From Euglena gracilis (lineage: Eukaryota), in assembly GCA_039621445.1 (NCBI GenBank), contig CP154954.1, forward strand, positions 22,704,954-22,768,953: a DNA stretch of 64,000 nucleotides, given 5' to 3'. Positions 1-9,175 of the stretch are shown here, one piece after another. Position 1 is the first letter of the stretch, and each line of letters starts with the position of its first letter. The translations under genes and the position numbers were made by a program. The notes beneath the pieces are model-generated. The model ran no database searches, was not told where the DNA came from, and saw only the letters and a program-made list of their open reading frames with translations.

Positions 1-1264
1 GGAGTCTGGGGCGCTTGTTGTTCCGCGCTCCGGTGGTTTGTAGGCCGGGGTGGTCGAAAAGGGATGTGGGCCAGAAGCAGAGCTGGTCCCCTGGCAGGGG
101 GGTGAAGGTGCAGAGGTCGGAGCAGGGTGGCCAAGGTAGGTGCGGTGGCCAGGGCTGCGTCGTGTCGTCAAAGCCGATGTAGTGTTGTGCTGTACGGTGT
201 GATGACCACCTGCACCAGAGGGCGAGGGTGTCCAAGGGGCAACCAAACTGATGGAGGTATTTGGCTGTAGCCCGTCGGATGGAGTGGAAAGGGCAGTCTG
301 CCGCTGGGGTCGTCTGGGTGACCTCCCCAAACCAGCGGTGGAGGAGGTGGTGCGGGAAGATGGGGTGGAGTGGTGCAGCTGTAGGTTGAGAGCGGAGGAG
401 GAAGGTACACCATGCCATGATGTACAAGGGGGGTGTACGGGAGATACGGCCTTGACGGTGTGGGGGTAGTTTTTCGGGGACGAATGAGATATGTGGTGAG
501 CCGGGGCCGAGGACGTGCAAGTCCACGGGTCGGATGGAGGCGCATTCACCCGCCCGAAGACCGAGTGACAACGCCACAAGGACGGCAACAAGGGGCCGGA
601 AGTCGCGCCGTTCCTGGCAACGTTGTGCGATGGGAATAAGGGCCGAGATGGGAAACCACTTGCGTGCGGGTAAGGTGCGGAGCCGGTCGGCAGCGATGGA
701 GGCGCGCCACCAAGCGGGTTCCGGCCGGAGTGGCGACCACTGGAGGGTGTAGAGGCATTGCAAGGCCGAGAGGATTCCCCTGATGGAGGAAGATGCGGCG
801 CCCCTGCACGCCAGCTGGGAAATGTACGCTTCGACCACGAGGCGAAAAGATGCGTCCGAAGGTAAGGTGGAGCGGAATTTGTGCAGGGCGAGAAATCTTT
901 GGCGGTATGTTCGGAGGGTAGACGGGGCCCAGGAATAAAGGATGGTGGACTGGAAGTCAGAGGGCGGAGGGGGGTGAAGTAGAAGTAGAAGCTGGCATTG
1001 CTCGAGGATGGCATCCCAGGCATAGTGGGCGGGTAGGGGGTTTTGGGTTTTGGGCGGCGGGGTTTGTAGCGGGTTGGCGTTCAGGTGAGGTTGCGGGTCG
1101 GGAGGGAGGGGATTGGGGGTCGGGTGCAAGGGGTGTGGGGCCCGTGGGCCCCCCAACCCGTCAATATTTGTGCTGTTCTGCGGGACAGTCCCAGTGCCAG
1201 TGTGGCACTTGGCATCGAAAGCAAGGTTTTGGGGGAGGGAAAGAGACGTCCCACAATGGTCCAT
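1..1264 (-). CDS. Tyrosine recombinase (3' partial, absent from the ORF track because it has no stop in the window)
   Basis: Manual translation, frame open from 1309 to 1, first ATG at 1264. Motifs: SWAPSTLRTY (N-terminal), LGLRAGECASIRPVDL (box I Arg), FHSIRR (HxxR), CRWSSHRTAQHY (W and catalytic Tyr). Overlaps the end of the Gag-like ORF. Confidence 0.92.
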   Translation of the reverse strand, partial: MDHCGTSLSLPQNLAFDAKCHTGTGTVPQNSTNIDGLGGPRAPHPLHPTPNPLPPDPQPHLNANPLQTPPPKTQNPLPAHYAWDAILEQCQLLLLLHPPPPSDFQSTILYSWAPSTLRTYRQRFLALHKFRSTLPSDASFRLVVEAYISQLACRGAASSSIRGILSALQCLYTLQWSPLRPEPAWWRASIAADRLRTLPARKWFPISALIPIAQRCQERRDFRPLVAVLVALSLGLRAGECASIRPVDLHVLGPGSPHISFVPEKLPPHRQGRISRTPPLYIMAWCTFLLRSQPTAAPLHPIFPHHLLHRWFGEVTQTTPAADCPFHSIRRATAKYLHQFGCPLDTLALWCRWSSHRTAQHYIGFDDTTQPWPPHLPWPPCSDLCTFTPLPGDQLCFWPTSLFDHPGLQTTGARNNKRPRL

Positions 1265-2012
1265 CCTTGGCCACGTAAAATTTTCTCCCCTCCAGATAGG
1301 CGAACTTAGTCATGCCTCTACAAGTGCGTTCCTCGACCACCTGGCCACCCTTTCTGAGTACGTCGTCGGCGGTGAAGGGGGCAGGAGGATGAAATGTGGA
1401 GCGGGGGCGGTTTGGTGCGGAGTTTGTCGGCGGTGTACGAGTAGACGCACTGTCCTGGGAGAAACCACCGAAACGTTCTTTGTTGCGGAAGTAGGCGCGA
1501 ATCATGGTGTTCCAAAGAGGTATGAGGTGGGATGTCTTGTCTTCAGATATATCCGAAAAGGCGTTATGGAAAGCCGAGGCCATCTCGCGCATCCAGATGG
1601 CAGTGTCTTGCAGGTCACGGAAGCGCTGAGCACCCTCCACGGTGGGGTTGTCGCAGAACCACTCCTCCGTGATTGGGGGGGACAAGTTGCGTTCCAGCTT
1701 CAGCTTGGCCAGCTCAGTGCGGAGGGCGAGCAACTCCGAGTTTTGTGGGCGAGCTTCCCAAACAAAGTTATTGTGTTGGTGTAGGAGGGTGGATTCGGTG
1801 TACAGTTCATAGGCGCAGCACTTCATCAAAAAGTCGGGGATGTCCGGGCTCAAACCAGTGCTCACAAGTAATTGGGCAACCCAATCTGAAGGCCACTTTG
1901 AGGATCTGCTTTTAAGGTTAACGACAGCCCGGGCAAGTTGGACGGAATCGGCCACGGTGATGAAATCCGTAGCACAAGCGCTGACGAATGTGGTGAATGG
2001 CATTGTCGTCGG
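1161..2012 (-). CDS. Gag-like protein with C-terminal zinc knuckle, starting at the Pro released by 2A
   Basis: Part of ORF 1161..2516; coiled-coil-like ELLALRTELAKLKLE and PPPKPCFRCQVPHWHWDCP (C-x2-C-x3-H-x4-C) directly upstream of the YR. The Gag call is inferred from motif and position. Confidence 0.7.
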   Translation of the reverse strand, partial: PTTMPFTTFVSACATDFITVADSVQLARAVVNLKSRSSKWPSDWVAQLLVSTGLSPDIPDFLMKCCAYELYTESTLLHQHNNFVWEARPQNSELLALRTELAKLKLERNLSPPITEEWFCDNPTVEGAQRFRDLQDTAIWMREMASAFHNAFSDISEDKTSHLIPLWNTMIRAYFRNKERFGGFSQDSASTRTPPTNSAPNRPRSTFHPPAPFTADDVLRKGGQVVEERTCRGMTKFAYLEGRKFYVAKDGPLWDVSFPPPKPCFRCQVPHWHWDCPAEQHKY

Positions 2013-2051
2013 TCCCGGGTTGCTTTCAATGTCTCCACATTGCAACAAGGC
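2010..2051 (-). other. 2A-like StopGo peptide #2 (ALLQCGDIESNPG|P)
   Basis: Exact match to the D(V/I)ExNPGP consensus with upstream LLxxG. Confidence 0.9.
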
Positions 2052-2529
2052 CGTCCCATGTCTGCTTACGGCGCCAAGCGCAACGTTGTCGCAAAAGAAG
2101 ACGTACACGGGCCATGGCGGGGGGGGGGGGGGGGAGGGGCGTCCCACGAAACCGGAACATGGCTTGTGCAGGAATACGGAAGGGGAAGTGGGTGAGGCGA
2201 TGCAGAAATGCCAGCGTGGGGGCGTGTAGTGCTGGTACAAGCAGCAACATGCGGCATGGCCATAGCAAGAGGTAGTGTAGTACAAGAGGAAGGAGGCGAA
2301 ATGGTGGGTTGGCCCACAAGATTCCGTGTAATTCGGACCAACGCTGCTGAAAGGCATCAGAGCCGGCAGTCCAGAATTTTGGTGCCCTGGCGTTATGTGG
2401 GGCAGCGAACAGGTCGAACCTGGGATATGGGACACCGAAATGTGCGGCCGCAGAGAGGATGAGTCTATATTCCAAAGCGTAGTCGTCCCGGTCCCCCAAT
2501 GGCGCCGGCGAGACAAGGGGGGGGGTCGG
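2052..2529 (-). CDS. DIRS-type Dam-like DNA N6-adenine methyltransferase; 1-nt frameshift in the G16 run at 2119-2134
   Basis: DRDDYAL...FDLFAAPHNARAPKFW...DAFQQRW...LWANPPF. Removing one base in the homopolymer continues MFRFRGTPLPPP into PWPVYVFFC and 2A #2. The homologous MTase near 63200-63660 ends MF...MPPARWPLLC, supporting that join. Confidence 0.88.
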
Positions 2530-2568
2530 TCCCGGGTTTTGTTCTACGTCTCCACAGCGGAGTAGGAG
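2527..2568 (-). other. 2A-like StopGo peptide #1 (LLLRCGDVEQNPG|P), in frame with the MTase
   Basis: Manual translation of the MTase frame upstream of the track ORF: WKPEGYQRYIPTLLLRCGDVEQNPGPTPPLVSPAPLGDRDDY. An in-frame TGA lies at 2605-2607. Confidence 0.9.
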
Positions 2569-2840
2569 CGTGGGGATGTAACGTTGGTATCCTTCCGGCT
2601 TCCATCATACCCCCCCCGGCAGGCCGACGTCGAGCGTGGGGTGGGCCTAGTTGTCCTTTGGGGCTTGGGGGGGGGGGGCGCGGCACAAGGCAATAGTGGC
2701 TGCACTCCATCACATGTCGTGCGGACGGGAAGGCTGGGTTCTTGTCAAGGGGCGGAGCCCCGGGCGATAGTGTCGTGCCCCAGCATTTACGGGCACTGTC
2801 CAGCCAGATGGATAGTAGAGACCGACGGAAAGCCAATAGA

Positions 2841-3713
2841 TCACCCGGGGTTGGTTCCAGGCATCGGAGAGCGGAATGAAAATTTTTTGCCAATTTGGTA
2901 CGTGTCTCCACCACCAGGCCCTGTCAGATGGGGGAGTAAGCCAGGAGTCTTCTGAAAAGGCTGGGGGGGGGCTTGTGGGTGTGTGTCCCCTTTCTGGTTC
3001 TGCAGGGGCCCGTTCCAGGGATAAGAGGGCAGACATTGGCAGAGAGATGTGGTCAGGCGGGGTGGTGGCCGGAGGCTGGGCCGTGGGGGGGGGGCCGGTC
3101 CCGGAAAGCCCGTGGGCAAAATTTGTTGGGGAAATTGGTGGGGCATTTGGGGGGAAAGTTGGGAATGAAGAAGTCCCAAGTGAGGGGGGTTTTGGGCAGG
3201 GATCTGGCCAGCTGGGGGGGTCTGGTGGGAAAAATTTTGCTGTGCCCATTGGGGTCCCCAATGGGTGCCCAATTGTGGCCCAAATTGTGTCCCAAATTGT
3301 GGCCCCATTTGCTGCAAACCGGGCTGGGGCAGAAGCAGGCCCTTCAGCACATCGATCACAGAGGCAGTCACGAGGTCACGTGTGGGGGTAGGGGCTGCGG
3401 TTACTCCTCTCCTGGGGTTCTCCTCCTCACTCCTCTTTCTTGTCGCCTTGAATCTCCGAAATGGGCCGCCATCGGGCATCATGATTTGTGTGGCCTTGGG
3501 CTTCTTCCCCGGGGAAACGTTGAAGATCACCTCCTGCTCTTGTTCCAGGTGCAGCCGTCCTTCGCCAACGGTGGACACGTCGGAATGGTGGAAGAACAGC
3601 CGCACAGACTCCTCATCACCCATCTTGGTAACCAATTCGTTGTCTTCACTGATAATCCATCCGTAACCCTTCTGGTCCAGGAACCGCTCAATTTTCCCAG
3701 TGTATGGTGGCAT
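2841..3713 (-). CDS. Cold-shock domain protein with Q/P/G-rich low-complexity tail
   Basis: YTGKIERFLDQKGYGWI (RNP1-like) and LFFHHSDV (RNP2-like), then V.FNV.PGKKPKA; intronless; tail GPQFGTQFGPQLGTHWGPQW from short tandem repeats. Confidence 0.85.
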   Translation of the reverse strand: MPPYTGKIERFLDQKGYGWIISEDNELVTKMGDEESVRLFFHHSDVSTVGEGRLHLEQEQEVIFNVSPGKKPKATQIMMPDGGPFRRFKATRKRSEEENPRRGVTAAPTPTRDLVTASVIDVLKGLLLPQPGLQQMGPQFGTQFGPQLGTHWGPQWAQQNFSHQTPPAGQIPAQNPPHLGLLHSQLSPQMPHQFPQQILPTGFPGPAPPPRPSLRPPPRLTTSLCQCLPSYPWNGPLQNQKGDTHPQAPPQPFQKTPGLLPHLTGPGGGDTYQIGKKFSFRSPMPGTNPG

Positions 3714-3797
3714 AGCGTTGCTTCCAAAGAAAGAAGCTGTAGAACGTGGAGGATCGATTGAATTCGGTATCAGCAGATCTCGCGATCATAGATCGCT

Positions 3798-3889
3798 CGA
3801 TCACGATTCCCGGTGGAGAAACGGGGGGCGCCTACGGCGCCCCCCGTTTCTCCACCGGGAATCGTGATCGGACCCCGCTTTTTCTTATA
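3798..3889. repeat. Hairpin repeat copy 1 (35-bp perfect stem, TAC loop)
   Basis: 3798-3832 is the exact reverse complement of 3836-3870; 3798-3889 is identical to 4405-4496. Confidence 0.95.
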
Positions 3890-4392
3890 AAAAATGCCTT
3901 GTAAATGTTGCTTACAGCATTTACATAGGTCCGAAAACTGGACACTGGCATGGAGCGAAGGCGCCCATCTTTTCCAGACTGCCTAAAAGGGCATCCACTC
4001 CAGCAGCTCCTAGGGAGCTGGCACCACGTAAAACAGCCAGAAATTCATCTACGTTGGGGGGGCGGGGCATCTGTGCTTCCATCATGTTGGCAAAACGCTT
4101 CATCGGACTGTGGGGAAAAGCAGCAGACAGACAGAAACACAAATGTTAAAAACCCCAAAAAATTCAAATTCCGATCACGGGTAACACCTTGCGCAACCGT
4201 GGTCGGTTCACGGGTGCACGCACGGCAGCCGTGGACGGAAATTCCGTTCACGGGTGCGCACTACGGCACCCGTGAACGGCCAAAGTTCACCCGTGAACGC
4301 CAAAAACGAGATTTTTGACCCCCTAGGCATCTCGTTAGGAAGCGCTTGCCTACTGCGAGGAAGCCCGTGAACTTGGTTAACGGTTTTAAGAC

Positions 4393-4496
4393 AAAAGCGG
4401 GGTCCGATCACGATTCCCGGTGGAGAAACGGGGGGCGCCTACGGCGCCCCCCGTTTCTCCACCGGGAATCGTGATCGGACCCCGCTTTTTCTTATA
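4393..4496. repeat. Hairpin repeat copy 2 (47-bp perfect stem, TAC loop)
   Basis: 4393-4439 is the reverse complement of 4443-4489. Confidence 0.95.
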
Positions 4497-4556
4497 GAAA
4501 CCGTGTATCGGAGGCTCTGGGTTCACGCCCGAACCGGTGTCTAGGGACACACGGGA

Positions 4557-7335
4557 GGTTAGGCAGTACGGGGGGGGGGGTGGCTGTGGACCCCCCGGTG
4601 AACTTCATCAGTGAACGTTCACCAGGGGGGAGGGGGGGGTACTTTTAGCGGTGAAGTTCGAAGTTCACCAGTTAATTTCACTGTTTTGATGGTTGGGGGC
4701 AGGGGTGCAAGGGGGGCTCGGGGGGGGGGGGGGGGCGCCCCCCCCGAGATTTTGGGAAGAAATTTTTTTTCACTTCACAAAAATGTGTTGTAGTTATGAA
4801 CCAAAGTTTTGTCCAAATTTATTAGTGAAAAGTAAAATTATTGATTTTCACACCAGTTTTGCACAATCTCTGAAGGGAAAACCGCAACTGTCTGGCTGCC
4901 CTTCGGGCAGCATCACAAGGTTTGAGAGGGGGTTTGGGAGGGGGGCATGAAATTTTCAAGACAAAAATGTTTTTTGTTCGACATAATGGCGGGCCCCTGG
5001 GGAAGTTTCAAGAACCAACGGCATTCAAGGACCAATGGCAAATAGGCAAAATTTCCTTTATTAACAGCATTTTGGGAGATGACAAACATACGTGTCATGT
5101 TCCAAACGTGCCCAAGTTTGGTTTTAGGGGTTTGGCTTCTCCGGTGTATTTTAACATTTTGTTGGAAGGAAAACCATTACCGTCTAGCTGCCCTTCGGGC
5201 AGCACTGATTTAACATTTTAGCTCCCTTGTCCCTAGCCCACATTGGTCTTTGGGTTTGGGATAACTTTTTTAAAAAAAATAGAGGAAAACCCTGCCCATC
5301 CCCAAGTCCGGCGCACCCACGCTCCCCAGGGGTCCAATCTTAAAAAGAATTTCATGTGACCATTTCACCTTTGCTTTTCTTCGATAAAAATTGAGGTGAT
5401 TGTGAACGTTTTGTGGTTCTGCAAATTTTCTTGTGGATAACAAACACGTTACCGTCTGCCGCCCTTCGGGTAACAGCTTGCGGTTCCATATGGTCTTCGG
5501 CGTTCGGCGGAATGTTCGCCCCCCCCCCCGAGAAAAAATTGATCCGGCACCTATGGTTGAGGGTGAAATTTTCATGGGTAAAATTTTAAGGGTGATAGAC
5601 AGAGGGTCATTTTAGGTCCCCAGTGATTTCCTTTGATTGGCCATCATTGTGGATATATTTTGAATTCTTGATTATTTTTTTTTTGACCCGGAATGGCCCA
5701 AAAAAAAAAACATCAAAGCAACCCAAAACAATGCATTATTTGGAGCAAAATGCCTTTAAAGAGGCCACCACCCGGGCTAGCTGTGGAGTTGCAAGGAAAT
5801 CAAATTGCCGTTAGATGGGGCGTTAAATGCTTGAATTTTGGTCAGTGGATTTCCTTTTATTTTGTTTCATTTCCAAACATCAATCTTTTGACCCCCCCCA
5901 AACAAGCCCAAATTGCCGCAAAAAGGGCCAGAATTTGATTAACTTGGGGAACACAAAGAGTAGGAAAAAAAGAGAAGCATGGATGGATACATCCTCTATC
6001 GCCCCTGGACACTGTTTTGGCCACTGACGTTTGCTTGCCGGCTCGTTTTTGTGGCCCAAAACAGCCATTTTGGGCGTTTTTGGGGACTGTTGGGGGGGGG
6101 TCAAAATCCATTTTGACAAAATTGCTCAACGATGAAGCAAACAAAAGGAAATGTCTGGATACCAAAAACGAAGCCTTGGAACGCCGCATCCAGGGGCACA
6201 ACATTTTCGTCTGACAGACACTTTTGGAAATAATGCGTGTTTTCTCGAGATGTTTTTGAATGAATTGATTTTTTTTTTTACTGTGTATGGAGGCTTTGGG
6301 TTCACGCCCGAACCGGTGTCTTGGACACCGGTTCGGGCGGGAAACCGGTGACTTGGACAACCAGAGAGGCTTCTTGGCGTTCTGTTGATTGCTCTGACAC
6401 GCTTTTTGTTTTGGGTATTTCACCAAAACTTCGGTCACCCCCCTCCCGCTCTGACGGATGAAAACACCCCACCGTCAGCTCCAAAAACGTCTCAGGCCTT
6501 TGGCCCACCTTGTAGGCAATCAACAATACAATAAATTCATCCTTTGGCTCTCCAAAAAATGGTTCCAGTTTGTCAACTCAAAGAGTCACAAAATTTCTTC
6601 CTCAGACACTACAGGCACCTCCTGTTCTTCGCCTTTTGCCACTTCTCGCGAAGAGAAGCGGCGTTGAAGAAAGCACAAAATTGTGGATAATGTGGCTGCA
6701 CCGAAGGCACAAAGGGGCTGATATGGGAGGGCACTTCCCTGTACAAAGCAGCCAGAGCGTTGACCATCGTGGTCAACGTGGAGGGGAACCAGGACCGATC
6801 CTTGCACCTTGGCATTAGCACAAATTTCTTTGCATTGGGCGGCAGCTGCCTGTTGCTTCTCATCACCGTGATCAAAAAGGCACGTGACCTTTACTGTCCA
6901 AAGGGCAAATGAAGAGCCAGTCGTCCAGTTTGTCAAACGTTGCCCCACGCAGCTGGCAAACCTTTTGGAAATCCTGGGCAGCTGCCCGCGCCACCATTTT
7001 GCCTTTCGCAAGACCACCACGGGGGCAACTGTTGACAAATGTTTCCCCAAACAAAAGTGAGTGGGCTGCTGGGGTTTCCCGAGGTGCGGCGGCAGCCTCA
7101 AGTCCTGCCAAAAATTCTGCTGGTGTGGGGGGTTGGGGCAGCGCACTGGTGCACACGGTAGTAACCTGGCCGGCGTACATTAAGAAAAAACCTGCCAAGA
7201 ATAGTAATACGTGACCGTGGAGATCAGGCAGTAGACTTTGGTCATTTTGACCCCCCTCCCCCCCCTATGGTGAAGTTCACTGTTTGAAAGTTCACTGGGG
7301 GGTCCCGGACCCCCTCCCCCCCCCTCTGTCTAACC
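4557..7335. mobile_element. Putative non-autonomous TIR element (about 2.8 kb)
   Basis: Imperfect TIRs of about 70 bp (GGTTAGRCAG, G run, GGACCCCCC.GTGAACTT) with repeated GTGAA/TTCAC motifs at both ends; no clear TSD or recognisable transposase. Confidence 0.5.
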
Positions 7336-8740
7336 ATCGGTGAACTTCACCACTGAAGTTCACCAAGAGAGCACTTTTTGGCCAAAAATGGCCAAAAATG
7401 ACATTTTTGGGCAAGTTTTCGGAAATTTCGATTAAATTCCATGAAGCATCAACCTCAAAATGACCATTTTGAGAGGAAAGGAGAAAAATTTCATGGACTG
7501 GACTGACTGGACTAGTCCAGTCAGTCCAGTGGCTGACTGGACCCCCCCCCCCCCCCGAGGGGGGGTCCAGTCAGCCACCTGGCACCTTTTTCTCCTGCCA
7601 GCATCTCCCAGCTGGGCTACGGACCGGGGGTTGAGTGGGCAGCCGGTAGGACACACCCCCTGGACCCCCCACCCCCAACACTGTTTTTCCAGCCAGCACC
7701 TTTTTCCAACCAGCACCTTTTTCCACCTAGGGCTGGACCCCTCTCCCGGGGGGGGGGGGGTCCAGTTTTTTTCCCCCCAACTCCCCGACTCCCCGCCAGG
7801 TCCGAGTTACTCACCCGCGAAGGGCAAAACTGGCAGGGGGCGACAGAGGGCCTCTGGGGTGCATTTGGTTTGGCAGACATGAATAAAATCCGAAATAATG
7901 CACGTTTTCTTGAGATATTTTCGAAAATCGATTTTTTTTTACCGAATATCTCACCCTGGCGAAATGGTAGGGTCAAACTGGGGGAGCTATCTAATCCTAC
8001 CCTGCCGACACGCCTGGCCCATGTTCCGGCCGGCGCGCTTTTTGTGGCCCAAAACGGCCATTTTGGGTTGTTTTCGGGCCGTTTTCGGCCATTTTTTGGG
8101 TAAAAAAAATCGAAAAACTGTGGACCTAAAATAAAACCACGAGGACCCTCTATCGCCTCATATGTGCCGCCAGGGCTATACGCGCCAGGGCTGGCCAGGC
8201 CACCGGTCCTTGGCCGGTTGCGCCGGGCCGGGCCGGGCTGGGCTAAGCTGGGTCGCCGCCCTTGGGCCGCGCTGGGCTGCTTCCTCCAATTTGCCAAATT
8301 GAGCTGGGCTGGGCCGGGCCGCCAGGTTGGGCCGAAGGTCAGCCCTATGCCTCAATTGATACACAATGATCGTTATGGATTCAACCGGGGGAGGAGGGTG
8401 GGGTGTAGGCCACATTGAATCCAAAATACCAAGAACACCATCTGAAACGCCACTGAACACGCAAAAATGCAGCTATGATCGTGATATTGTGAAGAGTGTT
8501 TGGTATGTGACATTTCTCAGCAAGCGAAATAGAGGATCAATCGAGTCGTGTCGGCGAAAAGAAAATTCACAAACATCTTCTGTGGGGGGGGGTGACAATT
8601 GGGCAGCACGGAGGGGGGTGACAATTTCCCGGGTGACAAATTGGCCGGCACAGCCAGGGGTGACAATTGCCCGGGGGCGTCAATTGCCCCGGGGGGTGGG
8701 GGCTGGTAGTTGGCAGTTTGGGGGGGGGGATTTTGTTGTT

Positions 8741-9175
8741 TCGACCCTGGGTCGAAACAGCAAGATTTTTTGCACTTTGTTCCCTCCCTTGGTCGTTCAG
8801 TGACGCCCTGATTGCGATTCTTCACAAGAAAATATCCATTTTGGTTAAAAAAAAGTTCAATTTGAGTGCCAAATTAATCCAACCAACCATAAAGCTGCCA
8901 CAACTTTATGCTTGGGGTTTCGGGGTCCCAAAACCCCGAAACCCCAAGAGGGGGAGGGCTGAACATTTGAAGGGATGAAACGTGTTTGAGTGACCTACTT
9001 AAATGTGAACTTTATATCAACTCTCTTGGGTTTTCCTCCCATTTCCCCCTTGAATTGAACATTTTTTTGACCAAAATGGATACGTTCTTGTGAAAAATCG
9101 CAATCAGGGTGTCACCGAACGACCCAGTGGGGGGAACAAAATGCAAAAATTTCTTCTCTTTCGACCTGGGGTCGA
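8741..9175. repeat. Foldback element with about 125-bp imperfect inverted arms
   Basis: 8741-8863 vs 9053-9175 are inverted; each end is a TCGACC-nnn-GGTCGA mini-palindrome. Confidence 0.8.

Larger units (their letters stand above)
1..4496 (-). mobile_element. Tyrosine-recombinase (DIRS/VIPER-related) element: CSD ORF, 2A-MTase-2A-Gag-like, YR; continues beyond left edge
   Basis: Intronless co-oriented ORFs with YR, NPPF MTase, Zn knuckle and CSD motifs; 92-bp hairpin-containing direct repeats at the 5' end. No RT/RNase H visible in the window. Confidence 0.85.

Noticed and set aside
2135-2516. N-terminal part of track ORF 1161..2516 as real protein
   Set aside because: It is the alternative frame of the MTase; only the part downstream of the G16 run has recognisable motifs.
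2841-2870. CSD ORF ends in TNPG-stop, resembling a third 2A
   Set aside because: No D(V/I)E upstream and a stop instead of Pro; likely coincidence.
6430-7200. Minus-strand ORF fragments inside the TIR element as a transposase
   Set aside because: Frameshifted, and no DDE or other diagnostic motif could be identified by eye.
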